The translations under genes and the position numbers were made by a program. This document shows, in pieces, positions 17,537-27,690 of a stretch of 64,000 bases of DNA (the stretch's first letter is position 1; each line of letters begins with the position of its first letter). The notes below the pieces were generated by a model that had not been told where the DNA came from, did not search any database, and worked only from the letters and a program-made list of their open reading frames with translations. The DNA is from an uncultured Sphingomonas sp. (GTDB lineage Bacteria > Pseudomonadota > Alphaproteobacteria > Sphingomonadales > Sphingomonadaceae), in the NCBI RefSeq assembly GCF_964021865.1, contig NZ_CAXIAM010000011.1, positions 1,087-65,086 of the forward strand, given 5' to 3'.

Positions 17537-18544
17537 ATGAAGATCGCCATGCTCGCCCCGATCGCGTGGCGCACCCCGCCGCGTCATTACGGCCCGTGGG
17601 AATTGGTCACGCATCTGCTCACCGAGGCGCTCGTCGAACGCGGCGTCGACGTCACCTTGTTCGCGACGCTCGACAGCCTCACCGCCGCCACCCTCGACGG
17701 CGTCGTCCCCGCACCCTATTCCGAAGACTCGCGCATCGACGCGAAGGTCTGGGAATATCGCCACCTCAGCCACCTGTTCGCGCAGGCCGATCGCTTTGAC
17801 CTGATCCACAATCAGGCCGATTTCCCCGCGCACGCCTTCGCGCCGCTGGTCGAGACGCCGATGGTGACGACGATCCACGGCTTTTCCTCGGACCGCATCC
17901 TGCCGATGTACGCGCCGTTTCAGGACCGCGTGCACTATGTCGCGATCAGTGACGCCGACCGGCACCCTGACCTGCGTTACGCCGCGACGATCCACCACGG
18001 CATCCCGCTCGACGACTTTCGCTTCGATGCCGAAGGCAGCGACGACCTGTTGTTCTTCGGCCGGCTTCATCCCGACAAGGGCGCGGCCGAGGCGATCGCG
18101 GCGGCGCGCGCATCGGCGCGCGCGCTGAACCTCTACGGAATCGTGCAGGATCAGGGCTATCATGACCGGTCGGTCGCCTCCGCGCTCGACGATCGCATTC
18201 GCTATCACGGCGCGGTCGGGGGCGAGGCACGCGTTGCGGCGCTCGGCAAGGCGCGTGCGCTGCTCCACCTCATCAATTTCGACGAGCCGTTCGGGCTGTC
18301 GGTGATCGAGGCGATGGCGTGCGGGACGCCGGTGATCGCCACCCGCCGCGGCTCGATGCCCGAACTGATCGAGGACGGCGTCACCGGCTTCCTGGTCGAC
18401 ACCGTGGACGAAGCGGTGGCCGCGATCGAGCGCGCGGGCGAGATCGACCGCGCCGCTTGCCGTCGCGCCGTCGCCGAGCGATTCACCGTCGCGCGTATGG
18501 CCGACGACTACATCGCGCTCTATCGACGCATTCTTGGTCACTGA
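17537..18544 (+). CDS. Glycosyltransferase family 4 (GT-B)
   Basis: MKIAMLAPIAWRTPPRHYGPWE... and C-terminal EPFGLSVIEAMACGTPVIATRRGSMPELIEDGVTGFLV (E-x7-E region). Confidence 0.85.
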   Translation: MKIAMLAPIAWRTPPRHYGPWELVTHLLTEALVERGVDVTLFATLDSLTAATLDGVVPAPYSEDSRIDAKVWEYRHLSHLFAQADRFDLIHNQADFPAHAFAPLVETPMVTTIHGFSSDRILPMYAPFQDRVHYVAISDADRHPDLRYAATIHHGIPLDDFRFDAEGSDDLLFFGRLHPDKGAAEAIAAARASARALNLYGIVQDQGYHDRSVASALDDRIRYHGAVGGEARVAALGKARALLHLINFDEPFGLSVIEAMACGTPVIATRRGSMPELIEDGVTGFLVDTVDEAVAAIERAGEIDRAACRRAVAERFTVARMADDYIALYRRILGH

Positions 18545-18616
18545 CCCACCCACGTCGTTGCGGCGGAAGTGCGTCGCGTCGCTCGCAATGACGAGGCATT
18601 CGCTTATCTTCGTCAT

Positions 18617-19360
18617 ATGACGTCGACGACCGAAAAGCGCGCCACGCTCTACCGGATGGTGATGCCGACCCACACCTGCCCGTACGGCGTAAAGGCGAAA
18701 GACCTGTTGCAGCGACGCGGCTATACCGTCGACGATCAGCCGTTGCGCACTCGCGAGGCAACCGACGCCTTCAAGGCCGCGTATGGCGTCAAGACCACGC
18801 CGCAGACCTTCATCGCCGGCGACCGCGTCGGCGGCTATGACGATCTGCGCCGCTTCTTCGGCATCCACGTGCCAGCATCCGGTGAGACGAGCTACCGCCC
18901 CGTGCTGGCGGTGTTCGCGATGACCGCGCTGATGGCGCTGGCGGCGAGCACCGCGGCGTTCGGCACCCCGGTGACGCTGCGCGCCGCCGAATGGTTCATC
19001 GCGTTCAGCATGTGCGTGCTCGCGCTGCTCAAGTTGCAGGACGTCGAGACCTTCTCGACGATGTTCCTCAATTACGACCTGCTGGCGAAACGCTGGGTGC
19101 GCTACGGCTATGTCTATCCGTTTGCCGAGGGGTTGGCGGGCGTGCTGATGACCGCGCATGTCGCGAACTGGCTATCGGTGCCGATCGCGCTGTTCATCGG
19201 CACGGTCGGAGCGGCTTCGGTGTTCAAGGCGGTCTATGTCGACAAGCGCGATCTCAAATGCGCCTGCGTCGGCGGCGCAACCCGCGTGCCGCTGGGCTTC
19301 GTGTCATTGACCGAGAATGTCATGATGATCGCAATGGCGCTGTGGATGGCTGTCTCGTAA
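18617..19360 (+). CDS. Glutaredoxin-like domain fused to a MauE/DoxX-type membrane domain
   Basis: N-terminal TCPYGVKAKDLL...TTPQTFIAGDRVGGYDDL (Grx fold, CPYG site) followed by 4-5 TM helices. Start at MTSTTEK. Confidence 0.75.
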   Translation: MTSTTEKRATLYRMVMPTHTCPYGVKAKDLLQRRGYTVDDQPLRTREATDAFKAAYGVKTTPQTFIAGDRVGGYDDLRRFFGIHVPASGETSYRPVLAVFAMTALMALAASTAAFGTPVTLRAAEWFIAFSMCVLALLKLQDVETFSTMFLNYDLLAKRWVRYGYVYPFAEGLAGVLMTAHVANWLSVPIALFIGTVGAASVFKAVYVDKRDLKCACVGGATRVPLGFVSLTENVMMIAMALWMAVS

Positions 19361-19361
19361 C

Positions 19362-19492
19362 CGTCGCCCCTGCGCAGGCAGGGGCCTATTTCTGTGTCGT
19401 GCCGCGTTAAGCCTAACACACTGGAGACATTCATGTGTCAGACCTGACGCGACATTCGACAGACATGGGCCCCTGCCTGCGCAGGGGTGACG
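19362..19492. repeat. 131-bp imperfect palindromic element with 25-bp terminal inverted repeats CGTCGCCCCTGCGCAGGCAGGGGCC / GGCCCCTGCCTGCGCAGGGGTGACG
   Basis: Arms read directly; each arm is itself a 7-bp hairpin (CCCCTGC/GCAGGGG). Fills the convergent Grx-MauE/regA junction. Confidence 0.7.
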
Positions 19493-19499
19493 CCCGTCT

Positions 19500-20030
19500 T
19501 CACAGATGCCGCTTGCCCAGCTTCCGCGCCAGGGTCCGCCGGTGCATTCCCAGCCGTCGCGCCGCCTCCGATACGTTGAACCCGCAGTCGGCGAGCGTCT
19601 GGTGGATATGCTCCCATTCCAGCGTGCGCAGCGACGTCGGCGGCGCGACCAGCTCGACGGTGGCGTCGCCTTCGCCGCTGGCCTGGAATGCCGCCTCGAT
19701 ATCGTCGGAATTCGCCGGCTTCGACAGGTAATTGGTCGCTCCCAGCTTCACCGCCTCGACCGCGGTCGCGATGCTCGCGAAGCCGGTCAGCACCACGATC
19801 CGCATCTGCGCGTCGAGTGCATGGAGCCGCGCGACGCACGTCAGCCCGGAGGCATTGCCAAGTCTTAGGTCGACTACCGCATGATCCGGCTTCAGCGCGT
19901 CCACCGCCGCATCGAGATCGTCGGGGTCGGCGATCGCGCGCACCTGATAGCCGCGCCGCTCGAACGAGCGCGCCAGCGTGCGCGCGAACACCGCATCATC
20001 CTCGACGATCAGCAGCCGTCGCTCGCTCAT
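19500..20030 (-). CDS. regA: Redox response regulator RegA/ActR/PrrA
   Basis: Receiver domain (LLIVEDD...VVDLRLGNASG) plus a Fis-type HTH NVSEAARRLGMHRRTLARKL. ATG overlaps the regB stop. Confidence 0.9.
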   Translation of the reverse strand: MSERRLLIVEDDAVFARTLARSFERRGYQVRAIADPDDLDAAVDALKPDHAVVDLRLGNASGLTCVARLHALDAQMRIVVLTGFASIATAVEAVKLGATNYLSKPANSDDIEAAFQASGEGDATVELVAPPTSLRTLEWEHIHQTLADCGFNVSEAARRLGMHRRTLARKLGKRHL

Positions 20031-21325
20031 GCGCCTTCCTCCGGGATCGAGATTGCCGCGATCGGCAGCGTCAGCGTCACCTCGCCCCCACCGCCTTCGC
20101 GGTTGCGCGCCGAGACGGTGCCGCCCAGCGTGCGCAGGACGTTGACGGCGAGGAACAGCCCCAGCCCGGCCCCGCGCCGCGCCTTGGTGCTCATATAGGG
20201 CTTGCCGAGCCCGTCCAGGATCGCCGGCGCAAACCCGCGCCCATCGTCGCGTACCGACAGCACCAGCCGGTCGCCGTCCCACCACGCACACAGCGCGATC
20301 GTGCGCCCACCCGCCTCTAGCGCGTTGTCGAGCAGGTTGGTGATCGTCTGCGCCAGCGCCTTGTCGGCGACGATCCGCGGGTCGCCGGTCATCAGATGTT
20401 CGTAGGCGGCGGCGACCTGCGTCTTGCCCCGCCAGTCGCCGACAATCCCCGAAAGGAACGTCTTGAGCGTGGTGCGCACCGGCCCCATCCCGCGCACCTC
20501 GCCCGACGCGAGCAGCACCTGGCTGAGGATGTCCTTGCAGCGCGTTACCTCGGTACGCATGTCGTCGAGATCGGCGAGCAGCGCCGGCGAGGCGGCGATC
20601 GCGGGCTCGCGCCGCCAGTCGCCCAGCATCACCGCGATCGACGACAAGGGCGTGCCGAGTTCATGCGCCGCGCCGCTGGCGAGCAACCCCATGCGGACGA
20701 TATGCTCCTCCTCGGCGGCACGCTGGCGGAGCGCGGCGAGCCGCGCGTCATGTTCGGAAACGTTGCGGACGATCCGCGTGACGAACAGCGCCAGCAAGGT
20801 CGCGGTGAGCGTGAAATTGAACCAGCTTCCCGCAATATACGGCGTCGACAACGTCGAGGCCCAGCCGCGCGGCAGCGCGAACGGCGGCGCGGCATGCGCC
20901 AGCCACGCGAACACCCCGCTGCTGAGCGCGACCATCGCCCAGCTCGCATGATCGCGCAGTAGCAGCGCGGCTATGACGACCTGCAGCAGAAACAAGGTGA
21001 CGAACGGATTGCCGACCCCACCGCTGAGATACAGCTGCGTCGTTAGGCAAGCGACATCGACCAGCAGCGTCGCAAACAGCGCGCCATAGGTGATCGGCCG
21101 CCGTCCGACGATCTGTGCGATCGCGAGATTGAGCGCGACCAGCACCGCGACCGCGACGAGCATCGGCACCAGCGGCAGATGCACCCCGACGACGAAGTGG
21201 ACCAGCAGAATGGTCGCGAGCTGGCCGCCGACCGCCAGCCAGCGCAGGATCGACAGCAGCCGCACGTTGCGCCGCCCAGCGTCCTCGCGCAGCCCGGTTC
21301 CGGCGATGATGTCAGAGGCGGCCAT
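20027..21325 (-). CDS. regB: Redox sensor histidine kinase RegB/ActS/PrrB
   Basis: Multi-TM N-terminus, an H-box SGAAHELGTPLSSI, and an ATPase domain with GAGLGLFL. Confidence 0.88.
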   Translation of the reverse strand: MAASDIIAGTGLREDAGRRNVRLLSILRWLAVGGQLATILLVHFVVGVHLPLVPMLVAVAVLVALNLAIAQIVGRRPITYGALFATLLVDVACLTTQLYLSGGVGNPFVTLFLLQVVIAALLLRDHASWAMVALSSGVFAWLAHAAPPFALPRGWASTLSTPYIAGSWFNFTLTATLLALFVTRIVRNVSEHDARLAALRQRAAEEEHIVRMGLLASGAAHELGTPLSSIAVMLGDWRREPAIAASPALLADLDDMRTEVTRCKDILSQVLLASGEVRGMGPVRTTLKTFLSGIVGDWRGKTQVAAAYEHLMTGDPRIVADKALAQTITNLLDNALEAGGRTIALCAWWDGDRLVLSVRDDGRGFAPAILDGLGKPYMSTKARRGAGLGLFLAVNVLRTLGGTVSARNREGGGGEVTLTLPIAAISIPEEGA

Positions 21326-21505
21326 CCCCGCTCCTTACGGCGGATCGGGGGTGGTGCGCTATCACCCGATCAGGCTGGCGCGGGATCGCCGGTGAGAAAG
21401 TCGCCGATGGACACGCAGGCGCGGATGACGGCATCTCGGCGCGCAGGCATGGGCAAAGAATATGACCGCGGCACCGTCACCCGACTGCGCCGCGGCCACT
21501 TCGGA

Positions 21506-22366
21506 TCAGGCGATCTGCCGCGCGACTCGTGTCGTCGAACGACGGCGCATGGAATAGCCGACCGCACCGAACCCCATGATCATCATCGCCCAAGTCGCTG
21601 GCTCGGGAACCGGCGCGACCGCGATCCCGAACAGCTGGCGCGGCGCATCGCCCAACGACGACAGCGCACCGGAGGCGAGGTCGACGCTATAGAGCGAGCG
21701 TCCGTTGAAGGCGAAGGCCTCGTTGCCGGCGATGTCGAAGCTGGTACGCGAGCCGAGATCGACTCCCAGTCCGCCTACCGTCGTCAACACGCCGCCGTTG
21801 TTGTTCTGCCGGGCGAGCACGTCGAGGTCGGTGTCGATCACGTAAAGCTGCGTGGAAGTGCCCGGCGCGCCGAAGCTCGACGTGGTATAGGCCGCCGCGC
21901 TGACGCCCGGATCGCGGCCGGCGTTGGCATCACCGACGGCATAGCCGAGCGCGCTGGTGGTCGGCGCGCCCGTCAGCGAACCGTCGTTCGGATTGTAGAC
22001 GTAATTGTTGTTGGTATTGCTCACGATCCGCACGCGATCGATCGTGGGATTGAAGTCGAACCCGAAGACGCTTCCTTCGATGCCCAGCGCCGCACTGGCG
22101 GCGGTGGCCACGCCCGTCATGGTGTCGATCGTGTAGACTATGCGGTCCGTGCCCAGACCATAAAGCGCGCCGTTCAGTGGACGGAAATCGAGTGCCTCGA
22201 TGCTGCTGCTGGTGCCGGTGATCTTCACCGACGAGGTGAACGTCCCGGGCGTCGTGCTGCTGAAGGTCACCAGCTGGTTGGTTTCGTCCACGCCGAAGAT
22301 CGTCGCCGCCGATGCGGCTGCCGGTAGTAGCAATGCCGCGCAGGCGAGCAATGATGATTTAATCAT
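21506..22366 (-). CDS. DUF4394 domain protein with PEPxxWA-CTERM sorting signal
   Basis: Signal peptide, IFGVDETNQLVTFSS...LDFRPLNGALYGLG (DUF4394-like), and C-terminal VPEPATWAMMIMGFGAVGYSMRRR. Confidence 0.8.
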   Translation of the reverse strand: MIKSSLLACAALLLPAAASAATIFGVDETNQLVTFSSTTPGTFTSSVKITGTSSSIEALDFRPLNGALYGLGTDRIVYTIDTMTGVATAASAALGIEGSVFGFDFNPTIDRVRIVSNTNNNYVYNPNDGSLTGAPTTSALGYAVGDANAGRDPGVSAAAYTTSSFGAPGTSTQLYVIDTDLDVLARQNNNGGVLTTVGGLGVDLGSRTSFDIAGNEAFAFNGRSLYSVDLASGALSSLGDAPRQLFGIAVAPVPEPATWAMMIMGFGAVGYSMRRRSTTRVARQIA

Positions 22367-22666
22367 GACCGCAACTCCCTCTGTTGTCGTCGGACGAAGC
22401 AGCGGCCGTAAGGATTATCGGGCCGCGCTTGCCATCGACCAGACAGCGCTTGATTAACGCCGAGTCAACGATGACGACGTGATAAGCGGGCATTGAAAGA
22501 ATTACATTTTGTGTCCGGCAAAGGCGTGCATCTATTTGCCGAAACGATCGTATCTTCTACCTTCAACCGTGTGATCGCCTTCACGGCCAACATGCGACGA
22601 ATGCTTACCGGATCTTAAATTTATCAATGCCGGGAACGCTTGGGCCTCGGGAAGTGTTTAGTCCCG

Positions 22667-23359
22667 CTAAGCCGCTTCCGCCTCGTCCCGGATGCGCACG
22701 ATGCGCCACGCGAAATACGCCATCATCGCCGCCAACCCGAACCATGTCACCGCATAGACCAGGTGATTGTTGCGGAAGCGCACCACCGTCAGCCCGCCAC
22801 GCGGCCACTCCACCCCCGGCACCGCCTCGGCGTCGATGAAATAGGGCGCGACCGGACCGAGTCGGCGCGCGCGGCCGATCGCTTCGGTGTCGCGCGAATA
22901 CCAGCGGTCGTCGGCAGGATCGTTGTCGCGCAGGAAGCCGCCGTCGGGCTCGGTGACGCGCAGCAGGCCGGTGATGCGCGCGGCGCCGCTCGGCGAACCG
23001 ATGGCCTTGCGATCGCCGGCGGGCACAAAGCCGCGGTTGACGAGGATTGTGCCGCCCGCGGTGTCGAGCGGCGACAGCACCCAATAGCCCGCGCCGAAAT
23101 CGGTGACCGCCTGCGTGAAGATCGGCGGGGCGGCGCGCCACGTCCCGGCGGCGGTGACGCGGGCGTAGGCGTCGTCGTCGGTGATCGTTGCCCAACGCGC
23201 GTGGGGCGGGGCGGGCTGGGCCGGGGCGGCGAGCCGCGCCTCGACCCGGTCGATCAGCGCGAGCTTCCACGCGCGCCGCTCGACCTGCCACACGCCCAGC
23301 CCCGCCAGCACCGCCGCCAGCAGCAGCGCGACGCCGGCAAGGGCATGGCGTGCGCGCAT
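22667..23359 (-). CDS. surf1: SURF1 family oxidase assembly protein
   Basis: LGVWQVERRAWKLALI...ILVNRGFVP...NNHLVYAVTWFGLA are SURF1 hallmarks. The ATG shares one nt with the cyoD stop. Confidence 0.88.
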   Translation of the reverse strand: MRARHALAGVALLLAAVLAGLGVWQVERRAWKLALIDRVEARLAAPAQPAPPHARWATITDDDAYARVTAAGTWRAAPPIFTQAVTDFGAGYWVLSPLDTAGGTILVNRGFVPAGDRKAIGSPSGAARITGLLRVTEPDGGFLRDNDPADDRWYSRDTEAIGRARRLGPVAPYFIDAEAVPGVEWPRGGLTVVRFRNNHLVYAVTWFGLAAMMAYFAWRIVRIRDEAEAA

Positions 23360-23769
23360 CACATGCCGCCGCTGGACATCTCTCCACCCATGCCCGGCAT
23401 CATGTTGAGGTTCATGTGGTACATCACCCACAGCGACCCGGCGATCACGATCAGCACGATGATCGCGGTGAAGATCAACGCCAGCATCGTCCAGCCGTTC
23501 TCGGACTTGGTGTTCATGTGCAGGAAGTAGATCATGTGGACCACGATCTGCACCATCGCCAGCGCCATCACGATCCCGGCGGTGACGCGTGGATCGGAGA
23601 TGACGCCCGTCATCACCAGCCCGAAGGCCGGCGCGGTCAGCAGCACCGACAGGAGGAAGCCGATCCAATATTCGCGGCGCGAACCGTGTGCGGCACCGCC
23701 GTGATGGTCGTGCGCGTCGTGGTGGCCGTGATCGTGGGCCTGGCCGTGACCGTGCGTATCGGCGCTCAT
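23359..23769 (-). CDS. cyoD: Quinol oxidase subunit IV (CyoD/QoxD family)
   Basis: 136 aa with a His-rich N-terminus then three TM helices, YWIGFLLSVLLTAPAF... Fourth gene of the operon. Confidence 0.88.
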   Translation of the reverse strand: MSADTHGHGQAHDHGHHDAHDHHGGAAHGSRREYWIGFLLSVLLTAPAFGLVMTGVISDPRVTAGIVMALAMVQIVVHMIYFLHMNTKSENGWTMLALIFTAIIVLIVIAGSLWVMYHMNLNMMPGMGGEMSSGGM

Positions 23770-24410
23770 CAGCGGAGCACTCCCAGCAGATAGACGAAGG
23801 TGAAGACGCCGATCCAGATGACGTCGAGGAAGTGCCAGAACAGCGACAGGCACTGCAGGCGGCGCAGGTTGGCCGGTTCCAACCCGCGGCGCGCGACCTG
23901 CACCATCAGCGTCACCAGCCAGATGATGCCGAAGGTAACGTGCAGCCCGTGCGTACCGACCAAGGTGAAGAAGGACGACAGGAACGCTGAGCGCCACGGC
24001 CCAGCGCCTTCGTGGATCAGGGTGCTGAATTCATACAGCTCGATCGACAGGAACGCCGCACCGAACACGCCGGTGATCGCTAGCCAACGCAAGGTCGCTG
24101 CCTTGTTCTGCTCGTCGGCGTTGATCATCGCGAAGCCATAGGTGATCGACGACAGCAGCAGCGCGGTCGTGTTCACCGCCACCAGCGGCAGCTCGAACAG
24201 CTCCTTGGGCCCCGGTCCGCCGGCATAGCTGCCGCCGTACACGCCGTACGCCGCGAACAGCATCGCGAAGATGAGGCAGTCGCTCATCAGGTACAGCCAG
24301 AACCCCAGCATCGTGCTGGCGCCGGGCGGATGCTCGTGCTCGTCCAGATCGTAATAGGACGGGGCCTGGGTGCCCGGGGCGGTCTGCGTCGTCGTGCTCA
24401 TCGTGCTCAC
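23769..24410 (-). CDS. cyoC: Quinol oxidase subunit III
   Basis: [22 protein letters not shown]...[17 protein letters not shown]. Confidence 0.93.
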   Translation of the reverse strand: MSTMSTTTQTAPGTQAPSYYDLDEHEHPPGASTMLGFWLYLMSDCLIFAMLFAAYGVYGGSYAGGPGPKELFELPLVAVNTTALLLSSITYGFAMINADEQNKAATLRWLAITGVFGAAFLSIELYEFSTLIHEGAGPWRSAFLSSFFTLVGTHGLHVTFGIIWLVTLMVQVARRGLEPANLRRLQCLSLFWHFLDVIWIGVFTFVYLLGVLR

Positions 24411-26407
24411 ACCCCCGCCTGCTGGAGCGCGCGGGTGCGCGCATCCTCGCTATTGACGACATCCTCGACGGGAATGTGGAAGTCGCGGTCGTAGTTGAAG
24501 GTGTGCCCGATCGCGGTCGCGATCAGCGCGACGAACGCCACCGCCGCCAGCCACCAGATGTACCAGATCATCGCCACGCCGAACACGGTCGACAGACCCG
24601 CCAGAATGACGCCGGCGCCGGTGTTCTTTGGCATGTGGATCGCGCGGAAGCCGCTGGTCGGACGCTCGGCCTTCTTCGACTTCATGTCATGCCACGCGTC
24701 CAGATCGTGGACGACCGGCGAGAAGGCGAAATTATAGGCCGGCGGCGGGGACGAGGTCGCCCATTCCAGCGTGCGGCCGTTCCACGGATCGCCCGTGAAA
24801 TCGCGCAGCTTCTCGCGGTCGCGGATGCTGACGTAGAATTGCATCAGCATGGCGCCGATCCCGGCGGCGATGATCAGCGCACCGATCGCGGCGATCACGA
24901 ACCAGATCTGGAGCGACGGATCCTCGAAGGCGCGCAGACGGCGGGTGACACCCATCAGCCCCAGCACGTACAGCGGAGTGAACGCGACCCAGAAGCCGAC
25001 GACCCAGCACCAGAAGCTGATCGTGCCCCAGAATTTGTCGAGCTTGAACCCGAAGGCCTTGGGCCACCAGTAATTCACGCCCGCGAACATCCCGAACAGC
25101 ACGCCGCCGATGATGACGTTGTGGAAGTGCGCGATCAGGAACAGCGAATTGTGGAACTGGAAGTCCGCCGGCGGCACCGCCAGCATCACCCCGGTCATGC
25201 CCCCGACCACGAAGGTCAGCATAAACGCGACCGCCCACATCATCGGCAGCTCGAAACGGATCCGCCCGCGATACATCGTGAACAGCCAGTTGAAGATCTT
25301 CGCCCCCGTCGGGATCGAGATGATCATCGTCGTGATGCCGAAGAAGCTGTTGACGCTGGCGCCCGAACCCATCGTGAAGAAGTGGTGCAGCCACACCAGA
25401 TACGACAGGATGCAGATGACGATCAGCGCGTAGACCATCGAGGTATAGCCGAACAGCCGCTTGCCCGAGAAGGTCGAGACGACCTCCGAGAATACGCCGA
25501 ACGCCGGCAGGATCAGGATGTAGACCTCCGGGTGGCCCCAGATCCAGATCATGTTCACGTACATCATCGGGTTGCCCCCGCCGGTGTTCGTGAAGAAGTT
25601 GGTGCCGATGTAGCGATCGAGGCTGAGCATCGCGAGCACCGCGGTCAGCACCGGGAAGGCCGCGACGATCAGGACGTTGGTGACCAGCGCTGACCAGGTG
25701 AAGATCGGCATCTGCATCAGGCTCATGCCCGGCGCGCGCATCTTGATGATCGTCGCCAGCAGGTTGACGCCCGACAGCAAGGTCCCGACGCCCGCGATCT
25801 GAAGCGCCCAGATATAATAGTCGACGCCGACATCGGGCGAGTAATCAAGCCCCGACAAGGGCGCCATCGCCAGCCAGCCGGTCCGCGCGAACTCACCGAC
25901 GAACAGGCTCATCATCACGGTGACCGCACCGCTGACCGTCATCCAGAAACTGAAATTGTTCAGGAACGGGAAGCTGACGTCGCGCGCGCCGATCTGCAGC
26001 GGGACGACATAGTTCATCAGCCCCGCGACGAACGGCATCGCCACGAAGAAGATCATGATCACACCGTGCGCGGTGAACACCTGGTCGTAGTGGTGCGCAG
26101 GCAGGAAGCCCTCGCTGCCGTTAAAGGCGACCGCCTGCTGCGCGCGCATCATCAACGCGTCGGCGAAGCCGCGCAGGAACATGATGAGCGCCAGCACGAT
26201 GTACATGATGCCGATCTTCTTGTGATCGACGCTGGTGAACCACTCCTTCCAGAGATAGCCCCACAGTTTGAAATAGGTGAGCGCGCCCAACACCGCGGCA
26301 CCGCCGATCGCGACCATGATGAAGGTCCCGACCAGGATCGGCTCGTGGATCGGAAAGCTCTCGAGCGTCAGCCGCCCGAAGATCGTCTTGATGAGGTCGT
26401 CCGACAT
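24407..26407 (-). CDS. cyoB: Quinol oxidase subunit I (heme-copper oxidase)
   Basis: 666 aa with [26 protein letters not shown] and HFHNVIIGG motifs. Confidence 0.96.
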   Translation of the reverse strand: MSDDLIKTIFGRLTLESFPIHEPILVGTFIMVAIGGAAVLGALTYFKLWGYLWKEWFTSVDHKKIGIMYIVLALIMFLRGFADALMMRAQQAVAFNGSEGFLPAHHYDQVFTAHGVIMIFFVAMPFVAGLMNYVVPLQIGARDVSFPFLNNFSFWMTVSGAVTVMMSLFVGEFARTGWLAMAPLSGLDYSPDVGVDYYIWALQIAGVGTLLSGVNLLATIIKMRAPGMSLMQMPIFTWSALVTNVLIVAAFPVLTAVLAMLSLDRYIGTNFFTNTGGGNPMMYVNMIWIWGHPEVYILILPAFGVFSEVVSTFSGKRLFGYTSMVYALIVICILSYLVWLHHFFTMGSGASVNSFFGITTMIISIPTGAKIFNWLFTMYRGRIRFELPMMWAVAFMLTFVVGGMTGVMLAVPPADFQFHNSLFLIAHFHNVIIGGVLFGMFAGVNYWWPKAFGFKLDKFWGTISFWCWVVGFWVAFTPLYVLGLMGVTRRLRAFEDPSLQIWFVIAAIGALIIAAGIGAMLMQFYVSIRDREKLRDFTGDPWNGRTLEWATSSPPPAYNFAFSPVVHDLDAWHDMKSKKAERPTSGFRAIHMPKNTGAGVILAGLSTVFGVAMIWYIWWLAAVAFVALIATAIGHTFNYDRDFHIPVEDVVNSEDARTRALQQAGV

Positions 26408-26414
26408 GATGTCC

Positions 26415-27575
26415 TCAAGCCTCCTTGGAGGCGTTGGCGCGCCGCGGCGCGGGAAGGTCGAGCCCGAATTTATCGAGCATGGTCATATCACGGTTTCCCG
26501 CCCCCGGATCGTTCGATCCCGGCGCCGCACCCTGCGGCGCGGTCGAGTGTGGACTGTCGCCCTTCTGCGACGGATCGCGGGTCAGCGCGCCCTCGGGCTC
26601 GTCGGGGCGCTGCGGCCGGTCGTTCACCGCCGGGCCGGCATGCGACATGTTCTCCATGCAATTGGTGCCCGGCTTCGTGCACATCGCGACGACGCGTTTG
26701 AACAACCCCGCGTCGACCGCGCCGAAGCCGATCGGACGCACCTTCTCGCTCGGCTTGGCGAGCTTCAGATAGGTGGCATTGTCGAGCTGCCAGCGGTTGC
26801 GCTTCACGCCTGCGACCCATTGGTCGAAGCGCGCCGGGGTCACGGAATGTGTCCAGAAGGTCATGTGCGAAAAGCCGGCGCCCGAATAATTACCCGAACG
26901 GCCCTCGAACTTGCCGGTGCGGTTCAGCACGCCGTGCAGCACCGTCTCCATGCCCGGCATCGTGTAGATCATGCCCGCCATCGCCGGCACCCACAGCGCG
27001 TTCATGACGCTCGACGAGGTCATCGTGAACTTCACCGGGCGATCGACCGGCACGACCAGCTCGTTGACCGTCGCCACGCCCTGTTCGGGGTAGATGAACA
27101 GCCATTTCCAATCGAGCGCGACGACCTGCACCTCCAGCGGCGTTACGTTCGCCGCCACCGGCTTGCCCGGCGCGGTGCGCGCCAGCGGGCGATATGGGTC
27201 CAGCGTGTGCGTGCCCACCCAGGTCAGGGCACCCAGCGCGATGATGATCAGCAGCGGCGCTGCCCAGATCACCAGCTCCAGCCCCGTCGAATGATCCCAG
27301 TCGGGCTCGTAGCTCGCCTCGGTGTTCGACTCGCGATAGCGCCACGCGAACAGCACCACCAATGCCATGACCGGCACGATGATCAGCAGCATCAGCACGA
27401 CCGACCAGACGATCAGGTTGGATTCCTGCACCGCAACATCCCCGGCGGGGCGCATCACGACGGTGTTGCATCCGCCGAGCGCGGCCAGCGCGGCCGCGGC
27501 AGCGAGGTGACGGACGAAGCGCGTGCGGCCGGGCGCAGGTCGGGTGGAACGACGGGGGGCGGGACGACGGGTCAT
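26415..27575 (-). CDS. cyoA: Quinol oxidase subunit II (lipoprotein, no CuA ligands)
   Basis: Lipobox [20 protein letters not shown] replaces the CuA site as in CyoA. Start at MTRRPAP (27573-27575). Confidence 0.92.
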   Translation of the reverse strand: MTRRPAPRRSTRPAPGRTRFVRHLAAAAALAALGGCNTVVMRPAGDVAVQESNLIVWSVVLMLLIIVPVMALVVLFAWRYRESNTEASYEPDWDHSTGLELVIWAAPLLIIIALGALTWVGTHTLDPYRPLARTAPGKPVAANVTPLEVQVVALDWKWLFIYPEQGVATVNELVVPVDRPVKFTMTSSSVMNALWVPAMAGMIYTMPGMETVLHGVLNRTGKFEGRSGNYSGAGFSHMTFWTHSVTPARFDQWVAGVKRNRWQLDNATYLKLAKPSEKVRPIGFGAVDAGLFKRVVAMCTKPGTNCMENMSHAGPAVNDRPQRPDEPEGALTRDPSQKGDSPHSTAPQGAAPGSNDPGAGNRDMTMLDKFGLDLPAPRRANASKEA

Positions 27576-27690
27576 GCCGCGCGAGCTAGGCTTTGCTGCG
27601 GCGCAGCGGAATAGGACATTTTGTCCCATCCACGCCGCGAATGGTTTAGGGTAGGGCTCCGCCGGAAACCGTCCGTCCGACCGATCGGGA

